A DNA stretch of 64,000 bases, from IMG/VR virus record IMGVR_UViG_3300035181_001974; one strand, written 5' to 3'. How positions within the stretch are numbered: position 1 is the stretch's first letter; each line of letters starts with the position of its first letter. Below are positions 35,039 to 45,124 of this stretch, one piece after another. The position numbers were made by a program, and so were the translations under genes. The DNA is from a virus. The notes under the pieces are model-generated. The model did not search any database. It worked only from the letters and a program-made list of their open reading frames with translations, and had not been told where the DNA came from.

Positions 35039-38000
35039 CCGTCAATCGGCTCCCAGATCTGGCTGTGATCCGAGTCAGCCTTCTTGACCTTGAGCTTGCC
35101 GTCGTCCGTCTTGGAAATGACTGCCTGCTCACCGGCCGAGAACTGCGTGTCTTGTCCGGCCACGTAGGCTTGACCTTTCAATCGCGTCGCGGCCGGGTGA
35201 CCTTTGAATCGGCCGTAGATTTTGTAGGTCGTCTTCGGACCCTTGGCTGCCGTGGGCTCAATCGCTGCAGCTGCGGCGGGCGCGGCAGCTGTTGCCTTCG
35301 ACGGCGGCGACTTCTTAATCGGCGGCGCCACGTTTTCTGGTGCATTTTCCTCACGGGCGCCCGAGGCCGTCGTCATCAACGGGAATGCGGTCAACAGGTA
35401 CCTGTCGCCATACTTGACCATCGCCATGTTGTACGGGTGACCACCGCTACCCGGAGCATGGACAGCCTTGACGTATGTGACCTCGGCACCGCGCTTCAAG
35501 GCAACCTGAGGTAGGTTCTTGGTGTACGTCTCACGGCCATTCGGGCTCGTGAACTTCCAGTAGACCGCGCCCTTGGTGCGCATCCTGGACGCACGGCTGC
35601 GATTCGGTGACAACTTCGTGTACTTGCCACCGCGGATGACGGGCTCGGAAGAGTAACGATTGACCTCGATCTCTTCACTTTCGATCTCGTCATTTTCGCG
35701 GCCGGTGATGTCAAAAGCCGAGACATCATTGCTGATGTAGTACGTCCTGCCCGGGCGTGCGCCGGCCGAGCCGACCTCAGAGCGCCTTGGCTCAACGCTG
35801 CCACGAACCTTGTTCAGGGCATGCATGGCAGCAGCCGCGCCCGCGGGCGTCAGCTGGAACAGCGCGCCCTTGTCGATACCCGGCGGTGCCCAGTACCAAG
35901 CTGAGCCGCTGGCATTGATGCCTCGCACGGGTTCCTTGCCGTGTTGAGTGCTCTTCCACAAATCGTGGCGTCGAACCAGGCGACCCATCCAGTCAAACCA
36001 TGCTGACTCGATTTCTTCGCGGGTGGCGTGGCCGTTGTTCTGCAGCAAGAAGATGACAATGAACTCGTCAGACTTGAGAGACTTTGTCGAGATGTCGCGC
36101 CAGGAGGGATTCATGATGTCCTGGTTCTCGTTTTCGTCGCTGAGCTCTTCCAACAAGATCCTACGCATGCCCATCGCAGCCTTGACATAGGCCTCAGCGA
36201 CCTTTAGGGACTTCAGAGTCTTGCGAGCGACCCTCCTGACGAAGTTGTCGCTGTCTTTGGTCAAGGCCTGCAGGACATCGTTGCCGACAGCGGCATTTGA
36301 CGCGGCAGCCGCGCGGATGGCGACGGCCTCATCGCGGGATAGCTGTTTCAGAACATTAACGGGCGTGTTGGGGTTAGCAGCCACCGCGGCCCGCGTAGAA
36401 GTCGACTCATCACCTGCGAGGACAGCTAGGTCCTCCTTGGGCGTGACCGGATTGTGGGCCACCGCAAAGCGGTAGGCGTGATTCTTGCTGAGGGCGAACT
36501 TGCTGGCATTTGACGCTCCGATCGACGGGTTCTGCAATAGCGCCGTCCTGATGTCGGGCGTGACCGACTTCCACAACAACTCGACAGTGTCAGAGTCGAT
36601 GTTCGACTGCTTCAACAACTTGATCAAGAACTGCGTCGACAACTTGTCACGGAGCTTAACGATCAAGGCACCTAGGTGAGCCGGTGGCAGGTTGGGTGCC
36701 TTCATGATGTTCTTCAGGTCGTATTCGTCAGTGACGGGGATCAACATGAGCTGCTCGGGCGTCAAGTTCAGTTCGTCAATGTGTCTCAACACCTGACCTG
36801 CGACGACGTGGTAATGTGAAGCAGAGCTGCTTTCCACGGCTTCCTTGAACTGCTCAAGCGTGTAGCGCCCGCTTTTGATCAAGGCCCACCATGCATCGTG
36901 TTTTGCCATGTCATTCTTGAAGTTCGGAATGACCTTAACGATCTCGTCCTTCAATGCGTCAGGAGCGCGTGGATTCTCCATGATGGCCGCGATGACGGCC
37001 TCGTTGCCGCTCTTCACCAACTGCGTGAAGTTCTCTTCTGTCAGGTTGGCATGTTCGATGGCCCGCTTGATGTAGTAGCTGTTGCCGCCATCGCCGATCT
37101 TCTGAATGAAGAACATCGCCGCATCGGGCGTCAAGTTGCCGATGTTGTCGCTGAGCGCATACATCAAGAATGAAAGCATGTACTTGTCTTCTCCGGTCTC
37201 GACCTTCTTCGCCGCGAGATCATAGACCTTCTGCACCACCCGCAACGTCATCTTGGCACTCTTGGCGATTTTTTGTAGCGCCTGCGAAGACACGTCTTTG
37301 CCCGCCATCAGGTCATTGACATGCTCCTCAACCGCGCGTTGTTCGTCCTCAACCTCACGGGTCAGTGGGACCTTCTTGACGTGAGCCTCAATCTTTGACC
37401 AGATTGCCGGCCACTCGACGCCCACGTGTTTAGCAACTGTCGATACCGGGACTCGTTTGTCAGAGGCATCGTAGGCCTCATTATTGCGGCCCGCCTCGTC
37501 ACGAATGACGATGGCGTACTTGGAACTCGGAGGCGGGGGTGTGGTCTGCAACTGCGTCTTGTCAATGACGAAGTAGAACTTGTTGTTGCTGGTTGAATAC
37601 GTCGAGAAGTAGTTGTGGCTCGTGGTCGCTGCAATGCACCACTTGGTTCCGATGCCGTACTTGCAGGAGGCTCCCATGGTGTGAGGACGGATGACCAACC
37701 AGTGATCATCATTGTAGATCACGTCAGAATCAGCCTTGGCCTGCTTGGACTCCTGGCTCTTCGACTTGCCACCCAAGGCCTGGACAGCGGTCTCGATGGC
37801 GCTGGGATCTTCATACTGGTTGATGTCCTTCTTCTCGAGTCGCTGCTTGTTGCCGTCGAACAATCGCATGTTCTGGACGACGACGTTGACTGAAAAGCCA
37901 TCGTCGACCTGCTTGGCACACCACATCAGGTACTTGTTGTTGGACCCTTGCGGCTGATTCTCGACTAGGTCATCGAAGTCCTCGTCGGAAATGTCAGGGT

Positions 38001-38094
38001 ACCGTTCACGGGCGTCTTCTATGCGGCCTTCGACGAGAATCTCAACGTAGCTTTCTAGGATTGACTCGCGCAATGTGCCCAGGGTGACCTTCAT
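35035..38094 (-). CDS. large (1019 aa) protein: N-terminal leader motif, central HEAT/ARM-like repeats, C-terminal domain shared with 52683..54134
   Basis: starts MKVTLGTLRESILESYVE; repeats such as VRAAVAANPNTPVNVLKQLSRDEAVAIRAAAASNAAV; C-terminal TYKIYGRFKG...DGKLKVKKADSDHSQIWEPI. Confidence 0.6.
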   Translation of the reverse strand: MKVTLGTLRESILESYVEILVEGRIEDARERYPDISDEDFDDLVENQPQGSNNKYLMWCAKQVDDGFSVNVVVQNMRLFDGNKQRLEKKDINQYEDPSAIETAVQALGGKSKSQESKQAKADSDVIYNDDHWLVIRPHTMGASCKYGIGTKWCIAATTSHNYFSTYSTSNNKFYFVIDKTQLQTTPPPPSSKYAIVIRDEAGRNNEAYDASDKRVPVSTVAKHVGVEWPAIWSKIEAHVKKVPLTREVEDEQRAVEEHVNDLMAGKDVSSQALQKIAKSAKMTLRVVQKVYDLAAKKVETGEDKYMLSFLMYALSDNIGNLTPDAAMFFIQKIGDGGNSYYIKRAIEHANLTEENFTQLVKSGNEAVIAAIMENPRAPDALKDEIVKVIPNFKNDMAKHDAWWALIKSGRYTLEQFKEAVESSSASHYHVVAGQVLRHIDELNLTPEQLMLIPVTDEYDLKNIMKAPNLPPAHLGALIVKLRDKLSTQFLIKLLKQSNIDSDTVELLWKSVTPDIRTALLQNPSIGASNASKFALSKNHAYRFAVAHNPVTPKEDLAVLAGDESTSTRAAVAANPNTPVNVLKQLSRDEAVAIRAAAASNAAVGNDVLQALTKDSDNFVRRVARKTLKSLKVAEAYVKAAMGMRRILLEELSDENENQDIMNPSWRDISTKSLKSDEFIVIFLLQNNGHATREEIESAWFDWMGRLVRRHDLWKSTQHGKEPVRGINASGSAWYWAPPGIDKGALFQLTPAGAAAAMHALNKVRGSVEPRRSEVGSAGARPGRTYYISNDVSAFDITGRENDEIESEEIEVNRYSSEPVIRGGKYTKLSPNRSRASRMRTKGAVYWKFTSPNGRETYTKNLPQVALKRGAEVTYVKAVHAPGSGGHPYNMAMVKYGDRYLLTAFPLMTTASGAREENAPENVAPPIKKSPPSKATAAAPAAAAAIEPTAAKGPKTTYKIYGRFKGHPAATRLKGQAYVAGQDTQFSAGEQAVISKTDDGKLKVKKADSDHSQIWEPIDG

Positions 38095-38359
38095 GCATGG
38101 TAATTATTCCCTCCATCGTGCGGGTGCACGCCTAAGTGTAAACCGAGGGCGTACTAAAGTACTTTCATGTCATGTCGTCGAATGATGATATTGTCAAGGT
38201 CACCTGTCCTGAGTGCGGGGCACCTCACTGGGCGTTCGACCCACAAAAGTGGCACACCAATCGTGGGTTGCTGTGCAGTCCGTGTTGGGTCCGAATTCGA
38301 CCAGGAATCATCCAAACGATCACAAACTCCCTACAGGAACTCTACGACAGTAGCAAACC

Positions 38360-38929
38360 ATGAAGCAGCAGGTCCTCTTCGGCTGCGGTTGGCCGCCTCG
38401 CCCGAATCGCACGGATCCCGAGGTGCTCGAGCGCCTGCTCGATGCCCTGATGCCACGCGTCATTCAGTGGATGAAGTCCGCGGGCGATGACACCGACAAG
38501 TTTGAGAAATCCTACCTGAAGGAGATCCATGATGACCTGAGAAGTGCCGTCAGGTTCGACGACGATGCGTACGACATTGCCAAGATGTTGGACAACATTC
38601 ACTACTGGGAGGTTGATCACGAGCTCCTCCACCTCTTGGAGGATGTAGCTTACATGCGAATCAAGGCTCACAATTCTCTGATCGCGGAATGGGTAAACCA
38701 CCATGGGGTTACTCCCAAATATTCTGTGGGCCAACGTGTGACCTTTAAGCACCGTGGCAAGGACCAGGTGGGTGAGGTGTCGAAGGTTGAGGAACAGCTG
38801 GCGCAGTACGTGGTCTTCTGCGAGTCCCTGGGACACGTGCGCAAGGGCGTGGGCAGTCACGGGCTCTACGTGAACTATGAAAACGTGCAAGATGCGCCCG
38901 AGCTGAACACGCCGATTCCCACGGTTTAA
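38360..38929 (+). CDS. hypothetical protein
   Basis: 189-aa ORF. Confidence 0.4.
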   Translation: MKQQVLFGCGWPPRPNRTDPEVLERLLDALMPRVIQWMKSAGDDTDKFEKSYLKEIHDDLRSAVRFDDDAYDIAKMLDNIHYWEVDHELLHLLEDVAYMRIKAHNSLIAEWVNHHGVTPKYSVGQRVTFKHRGKDQVGEVSKVEEQLAQYVVFCESLGHVRKGVGSHGLYVNYENVQDAPELNTPIPTV

Positions 38930-39044
38930 GATAATCGGCATGGCGTAACGCGGGATAGAGTTTCGTGTAGTAACAGATGTTGATTTCCCAAGATTGTATT
39001 TGATCTTGCCCGTCAAGATCCAGACGTAATCTGGAAGGAAGTAA

Positions 39045-39584
39045 ATGAAACAATCACTAACGTTTTTTGTCGGACCAGATCGTTGTGGTAAGACCGAGAT
39101 GGCCCGCGAGCTTTCGCGGGTAACTGGCATTCCGTATTTCAAGGCGACCTCAGAATACACCTCATTTCTAAGCTCGCGGGTCACCAAGAACGACAAATTC
39201 TTGAATCAACTGCGTTTCGCAGATCCCCGTGTATATGACCTGTTGAAGCAAACGGGCTACAGTGTCATCTTCGACCGAGGCTTTCCGTGTGAGTATGCAT
39301 ATGCAAAGGTATTTGGCCGTGAGACCGACTTGATGATGCTGCGACACATGGACGAGGCATGGGCATCATTGGGCGCTCGCGTGATCTTTGCGCAACGCTC
39401 CAATTACGCGGGTATCAAGGACGACCTCGACCCTAGCATTGGAGAAGAGCTGCTGACCAGCCTTCACAGCGCCTATGAGGAATTTGCAAGTTGGTCGAAG
39501 TGCAGGATCTTGAGGTTGAACGTTGACGACGAGAACCTCGCCCGCGAGACCGAGGAAATCATCGACTTCCTTAACAAGGACTGA
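39045..39584 (+). CDS. P-loop nucleoside/nucleotide kinase (dNK / dNMP-kinase family)
   Basis: Walker A FFVGPDRCGKTEMAREL; later DRGFPCEYAYAKVFG resembles dNK/Tmk DR...S..AY; candidate kinase for hm-dCMP. Confidence 0.45.
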   Translation: MKQSLTFFVGPDRCGKTEMARELSRVTGIPYFKATSEYTSFLSSRVTKNDKFLNQLRFADPRVYDLLKQTGYSVIFDRGFPCEYAYAKVFGRETDLMMLRHMDEAWASLGARVIFAQRSNYAGIKDDLDPSIGEELLTSLHSAYEEFASWSKCRILRLNVDDENLARETEEIIDFLNKD

Positions 39585-39585
39585 C

Positions 39586-40269
39586 ATGGCAAAACCCATC
39601 AATTACGACAGTGGCTTCTTTGACGATGGTCGGCAGTATTTCGCTCACGGGCTACCGGCGTGGAAGGATTTCGTTTTGAATGTTCTGAAGGCTGAGTCGA
39701 TTGCCGACTTCGGCTGCGGTCAAGGTGATTGGTTGGAGCCGCTCGAGGGCAGCATCCCGGTCTGGGGCTGCGATGGCTTCGCTGACGTCAATCAGCTGAG
39801 GATCGATGTCAAGAACTTCCAAAAGATCGACATTGGGACTGTGTCGCCTCAGAACCTGACGGTGGGCTCACGCGATGTCTGCATGTCGCTCGAGGCGATG
39901 GAACACGTGACTCATGACAAAGAGTCGAACTTTTTGGACTGCCTGTTGTCGCCGGATCCGAGGCTCGTAGTCTTCGGCGTGGCCTCGGGCTGGGGTACCT
40001 ATGATGCCAACTTGACGTTGAAGGTCAATCGGTTGGGCGAGCGCCTGCCGGGAGGGCCAGATTGGCACCCACAGTGGGGGCGTCACCATGTCAACTGCCA
40101 ACCGGTCGACGAGGTCATCAAGAAGATGGCGACCCGCGGGTACGTGGTCGATCCCGCGTTGTCAGCTGCATTTGCCAACCTCAAGGTGCCAGGTAAGGGC
40201 AATCGCCTGAAGTGTGCCTTTGCGAGCTTCTACCGCAAGAACACTCGTGTCTACAAGAAGGCGACCTGA
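39586..40269 (+). CDS. class I SAM-dependent methyltransferase
   Basis: motif I IADFGCGQGDWLEPL; start taken at MAKPINYD (ORF-track start 39523 overlaps upstream gene in another frame). Confidence 0.5.
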   Translation: MAKPINYDSGFFDDGRQYFAHGLPAWKDFVLNVLKAESIADFGCGQGDWLEPLEGSIPVWGCDGFADVNQLRIDVKNFQKIDIGTVSPQNLTVGSRDVCMSLEAMEHVTHDKESNFLDCLLSPDPRLVVFGVASGWGTYDANLTLKVNRLGERLPGGPDWHPQWGRHHVNCQPVDEVIKKMATRGYVVDPALSAAFANLKVPGKGNRLKCAFASFYRKNTRVYKKAT

Positions 40270-40547
40270 TGCACCCCTGTTGCTACTATGGGAAAGACAC
40301 TTCTGACTACAAGAACCACTATGGTATGGAGTGTCTTCTCATGGAAGCAAAAAGTGTGGAGGCAAGATTATTGCACCCAATGTGTTGCCTATAGTCTGTG
40401 TTCGAGACATGTCTTTTTTCTAGAGCTTCAGGTGCTTGCATAGCATTTGACGCCATAGCGATTGATCGACGTTTGTCGCTTGGCCTGATCGCTTGCCTTT
40501 TCCTTCAACCCAATACAACTTGATAAACAAGTAGTAGATACTGCTTC

Positions 40548-41885
40548 ATGGAACACAAGAGGCTCTTGATCGAGACACAGTTGAGCAATTACAATACCTA
40601 CGGTAAGTTTCTGCTCGAATGTGACTCAGGATGGCAGATGGTGATGGGCCGCGTCCGTGAAATGCTGAAGCTCAATCCTGACCTTCACATTGACGTGATG
40701 TGCCCCAAGACGGGTGATCCCGCTGGTCGTCAGGTTATCACAGATCCCCGGGATGTCAATGCTGACCTGTGGGCCAAGTACGGTGAGGATGGCGAGCGCC
40801 GTCTGAATTTCATCGAGCACGAGATCATCGCCAACGCGTTGGTGACACGGTACGACTTCAACTGGTCGGCACTCGCCAGTGCCCTTGATCTCGGAATGCA
40901 GAAGATCGGCAAAAAGCCCAAGTGGGACGCGGTCTACATCAACGACCCAATGCACCTTCGCAACTTCAAGGCGTTGTTCCACGTGACTGGTGGTTATAGG
41001 CCCAGGTTTTACGTGCACAGTCACTTCGTCGACGTACCTTCTTGTCCCAAGTTTCCGGAAGAGGCCTCGCTCTGGTTCGGCCAGCTTGAGGCAGCCATAA
41101 AGGCTGACTGGAACTTCTGGCAGTGTCCCTCGGCCTTGAAGGAGTTCGAGCGCGAGGCTGACAATGTCCTGAAGCGGGACATTGTCAATGACATCTTGAT
41201 GAAGTCGGATCCCTGGGACGATGGTTACTCAGCCGAGGAGATCAACTCTAAGCCCGACATGAGCAACGTCAGGTTTGATCCCGACCTGTTGAATCGCTGG
41301 CACGCCGAAGGCAAGGTCATCCTCTTCGTCCCGAACCGTGTCGGCGGGCGCGGTCGTTCGTCGGACTACACCAACTGTGGCAAGTTCATGTTTGACATCT
41401 TGCCGAAACTCCGTGAACTGCGCCAGGACTTCGTTGTGCTAGCGGGCAACCCCAGCCAGAAGTTCTTCAACCACGAGCTCGAGAAGGAGTGCGGGCCTAA
41501 TGGCTACGTTTCATTGGTCCCGGATGCCTTTAACCGCGACGAGTTCAAGGTCATCTGTCGTCAGGCTGACATCGCTGTCAGCCTCTATGATCAGGACACC
41601 TATGGGGGCACCGCCGCTCGAGAATGCATTGAGCTCGGGTGTATGCCTCTGTGGATCGATAACTTCGAATATTCGAGCATCGCTCAGGAGGCCAGTAAGT
41701 GGCCCTTCTTGGCGTCGCCGGACTTCAAGGATCTGCATCACATTGCTTCAGCTTTGATTCATAACATCAAGGAACGACCTGCGTACATGAAGGACTGGCT
41801 CGATCGTCTGCGGACGGTCGTCCGAGCTCGATGTTCGTACGAGGCCACGACGCCGATGGCGATGAAGCGCATGGACCTGCTGTGA
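40548..41885 (+). CDS. putative GT-B fold glycosyltransferase
   Basis: C-terminal half KVILFVPNRVGGRGRSSDY...ADIAVSLYDQDTYGGTAARECIELGCMPLW resembles the GT4-like nucleotide-sugar binding domain; weak. Confidence 0.4.
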   Translation: MEHKRLLIETQLSNYNTYGKFLLECDSGWQMVMGRVREMLKLNPDLHIDVMCPKTGDPAGRQVITDPRDVNADLWAKYGEDGERRLNFIEHEIIANALVTRYDFNWSALASALDLGMQKIGKKPKWDAVYINDPMHLRNFKALFHVTGGYRPRFYVHSHFVDVPSCPKFPEEASLWFGQLEAAIKADWNFWQCPSALKEFEREADNVLKRDIVNDILMKSDPWDDGYSAEEINSKPDMSNVRFDPDLLNRWHAEGKVILFVPNRVGGRGRSSDYTNCGKFMFDILPKLRELRQDFVVLAGNPSQKFFNHELEKECGPNGYVSLVPDAFNRDEFKVICRQADIAVSLYDQDTYGGTAARECIELGCMPLWIDNFEYSSIAQEASKWPFLASPDFKDLHHIASALIHNIKERPAYMKDWLDRLRTVVRARCSYEATTPMAMKRMDLL

Positions 41886-42212
41886 AGAACGATAAAGATC
41901 CCGATCACATGGATCAATTCATTTTCGCGAGGTGGCTCGACAGTCTACCTGCAAATAAAGAGAAAAGCGCTTCAAAGAGGTTGCTGAGGCTGCCCGTGAG
42001 AAAGAAAAGAAGCGCATCGAAGAGCTAAAGAAAGTGCCCGTCAGACCCACGGATTCTTGCGTATTCTGTGGGGGACTCGTTAGTGCTGAGTTCAAAAACA
42101 TCAATTTCGGTGGTCGTCTGGCAATTTCAAGGGCACTCTTGCGAGAAGTGTAGGCCTAGTTATAGGCCCCCTCCGCCTAAGGTAATAATTACCTGCCAGG
42201 GAGACTCCGCCG

Positions 42213-43007
42213 ATGAAGAAGTCAGAGCTTGTTCAAATGATCCGTGAAGAGGTACTCGCCGTCGTAGCCAACCTCATGGAGGCCGCTGCAGCGCCTCCGA
42301 AGTCATTTTCCGAGTTTCGCAAGGCATTTGCCATGGCGCTCGAACAGGCCGGTGCGCCGGATGATCTCGTCGACGAGGCCCTCGATGAGGATTACGAAGG
42401 TGGGCCCATCTTCGGCGCGATTTACGAGGCGTGGACCAATATCGAGGCCGAGATGTCTGGCATCCGTGATCCTGCAGAACGCCATGATACGTGGCTCGAT
42501 ATGGTCGAGTTCTACGTTCACGATGCAGTTCTTGACATGGCGGACAGTTACTTCAACGCCATGAACTATGCCCCAGGTCACAGGCCCGCAAAGTTCGATC
42601 CGAAGGCACTGGCAACGGCCGTCGTTTCCGTGATGTCGGGTTCGAAGACAACTGCTCTCATCAAGAAGGCTCCGAAGACGCTGACTGAGGTCGTCAATGC
42701 TGTGCGTGAGGCCATACGCCTCAAGGGGACGAAGGTCACCTGTTCGCCCATGCCGGATGCAAAGACGTTGAAGACGAAGTGCAGTATGATGGTTCCGCCC
42801 GAGCAGTGCATGAAAGTGTCAATATATCTTGATGAGGTCATGATAAAGCTTGGATTTGAGTCCTCGATCGAGGATCCTGCTGCGATCCTAGCAGACACTT
42901 CCGATGAGGGTTTGTTTGCCGACTACACCAGCCCGTCAATTCGTGGTGTCTTGGATGCTGACCCTGTCCGGGGTACCATCTTTTTGTCGCTAAACACGAC
43001 CCGTTGA
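42213..43007 (+). CDS. hypothetical protein with N-terminal leader-like motif (MKKSELVQMIREEVL)
   Basis: 264-aa ORF; upstream GGTAATAATTACC. Confidence 0.4.
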   Translation: MKKSELVQMIREEVLAVVANLMEAAAAPPKSFSEFRKAFAMALEQAGAPDDLVDEALDEDYEGGPIFGAIYEAWTNIEAEMSGIRDPAERHDTWLDMVEFYVHDAVLDMADSYFNAMNYAPGHRPAKFDPKALATAVVSVMSGSKTTALIKKAPKTLTEVVNAVREAIRLKGTKVTCSPMPDAKTLKTKCSMMVPPEQCMKVSIYLDEVMIKLGFESSIEDPAAILADTSDEGLFADYTSPSIRGVLDADPVRGTIFLSLNTTR

Positions 43008-43039
43008 ACTAAGGACTCTGTGAGGCATATAATGACCTC

Positions 43040-43999
43040 ATGAGAGTTTTGATTACGGGTGCCGCGGGTTTTATAGGTTCGAACCTGACGAAGGCGTGTC
43101 TAGATGCTGGGTGGCACGTCACCTGCGTCGATGACCTGAGCAACGGTCACCGCGAATTCTTGCCATCGCCCATCGCAGTGCGCTTTCAACCCAACGACTT
43201 TGCGAACTCCACGGTCCTCGATCGGATCAGGCGTCAGGAGTTTGACACGGTCATTCACCTGGCGGCGGTCCCGCGGGTCTCTTACTCAGTCCTCTATCCC
43301 TTGAGAACGCATGAGGTCAACGTCGACAAGACATTGCTCCTCCTGGAGGCTTGCAAGGGCAATGTCAATCACGTCGTCTTCGCCTCCAGCTCATCTGTGT
43401 ACGGAGGCGCTGATGTGCTGCCGACCCCTGAGACTTTTCCACGGAATCCCAAGTCGCCTTATGCTCTGCAGAAGGCGATCATTGAGGACTATCTGCGGTT
43501 GTACAGCGAGCTTTACGGTCTCGACTCAGCCTGCATGCGGTTCTTCAACGTCTTCGGACCCAATCAACTCGGCGATTCACCGTACGCTACTGCGGTTTCT
43601 GCGTGGTTGACGGCGATCAAGAAAGGCGTGCCTATGCGCTCCGACGGTGACGGCTCACAGTCCCGTGACATGTGTTACGTGGACAACGTGGTGTCAGCCT
43701 GCATGAAGGCAGCCACGTATTCTGGAAAGCTTGGAGCCGAAACATTCAACGTGGCGTGCGGTGATCGAACGACGAACAAAGAGATCCTTGAGGAGCTCAA
43801 GCGTCGTTATCCGGGCGCTTCCTATGTCGATGCCCCTTGGCGCCCGGGTGATGTGATGCACACGCAGGCCGACGTTTCGAAAGCTGAGCGTGTACTCGGG
43901 TACATCCCCGTGGTACGATTCTGGGACGGCTTGGACCGCACCATCAAGTGGTACGAGGACAACTGGTCGTGGACCAAGGTATTGAAGCTGCACACATGA
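43040..43999 (+). CDS. UDP-sugar 4-epimerase (extended SDR; candidate UDP-xylose 4-epimerase)
   Basis: VLITGAAGFIGSNL; SSSSVYGG; catalytic SPYALQK (YxxxK); RFFNVFGPNQ. Confidence 0.7.
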   Translation: MRVLITGAAGFIGSNLTKACLDAGWHVTCVDDLSNGHREFLPSPIAVRFQPNDFANSTVLDRIRRQEFDTVIHLAAVPRVSYSVLYPLRTHEVNVDKTLLLLEACKGNVNHVVFASSSSVYGGADVLPTPETFPRNPKSPYALQKAIIEDYLRLYSELYGLDSACMRFFNVFGPNQLGDSPYATAVSAWLTAIKKGVPMRSDGDGSQSRDMCYVDNVVSACMKAATYSGKLGAETFNVACGDRTTNKEILEELKRRYPGASYVDAPWRPGDVMHTQADVSKAERVLGYIPVVRFWDGLDRTIKWYEDNWSWTKVLKLHT

Positions 44000-44184
44000 A
44001 AATCATCGAAACAACACACGCTGTTACAAGCAGTAATGATCTACGCACTGCTCTAAGAGAACATGTCGACACTGCGAAGTTTGCTGGGTTTCTACCTTCC
44101 CAACAAGAACCGGTGCTCTTGGAGCTTGTGAGTCTAAAGAATGGATCGCTGGTAATCAAAACATCGAGAAGCGTGGAGGAATAG

Positions 44185-44844
44185 TTGATTCAAATTCAAT
44201 ACAAGGTTGCCGATGTTCGCTCCTTGTTTAAGGACCTCAAGGAACGCCAGGAACACGTTACTGACAAGTCTGGTTGCAAGATGATCGAGGTCGTCGGTGC
44301 TACGTTCATCGCTAACGAAACATCGATCTTCGGAACGGTCAATCAGGACTACGTGGCTCGTGAGATTGAATGGTATCGCTCCATGTCACGGAACGTCAAT
44401 GACATCCCCGGTGGAGCACCAGCGGTCTGGAAGGCTTGTTCATCGAAGAGAGGCGAGATCAACTCCAATTATGGTTACCTCATCTGGAGCGAGGACAACT
44501 ACAAGCAATATGACCACGTGCTAGCAGAGCTGAAGCGTGCTCCGGAGAGCCGGCGTGCCGAGATGATCTATACGCGGCCCTCAATCTGGAAGGAATATAA
44601 CCGCGATGGGATGAGTGATTTCATCTGCACGGACTCAGTTCAGTATTTCATTCGCAACGGTCAAGTCATTGCTGACGTTCGCATGAGGTCGAACGACGTC
44701 GTCTTTGGATACAAGAACGACAAAGCCTGGCAGGATTATGTTCACCAGCAGTTGGCGGCAGATTTGGGTCTACCCGTGGGTCCAATGATCTGGCACGCTG
44801 GGTCACTTCATGTCTATGAACGACATTGGAATCTCATTGATTGA
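44185..44844 (+). CDS. deoxycytidylate 5-hydroxymethyltransferase (T4 gp42-like, ThyA fold)
   Basis: long collinear matches to T4 gp42: KGEINSNYGYLIWSEDNYKQYD, PESRRAEMIYTRPS, DGMSDFICTDSVQYFIRNG, VRMRSNDVVFGYKNDKAWQDYV, AGSLHVYERH; TTG start. Confidence 0.85.
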   Translation: MIQIQYKVADVRSLFKDLKERQEHVTDKSGCKMIEVVGATFIANETSIFGTVNQDYVAREIEWYRSMSRNVNDIPGGAPAVWKACSSKRGEINSNYGYLIWSEDNYKQYDHVLAELKRAPESRRAEMIYTRPSIWKEYNRDGMSDFICTDSVQYFIRNGQVIADVRMRSNDVVFGYKNDKAWQDYVHQQLAADLGLPVGPMIWHAGSLHVYERHWNLID

Positions 44845-45124
44845 TCACGATCGATTAGTACGATACGTCTTGCCTTCAAGCGATAATCATCGCTTGGCAG
44901 CCATTTATTGAATCTATGATGACTTGTGCATGCATCAGGGTGACGATGGTTACGTCGGCATTGCATACAAGCATCGTTTCGCTTCAAGAATCATCGTACA
45001 CGATGTGCACATAACATTGTATGTCCACATTGCTCATTAACGTGAAGAGGACCTACGATGTTGCGATACCACTTGATAAATTGCAAAAGTACCGTGAACT
45101 CTACCAGGATTCTACATACGGCAA

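Noticed and set aside
41831-42028. 65-aa ORF between the glycosyltransferase gene and 42213
   Set aside because: Overlaps the end of the glycosyltransferase gene; no support.
44877-44896. Hairpin CAAGCGAT-aatc-ATCGCTTG downstream of the hydroxymethylase gene as an intrinsic terminator
   Set aside because: Perfect 8-bp stem but not followed by a U-tract; kept only as a possible regulatory hairpin, not annotated.
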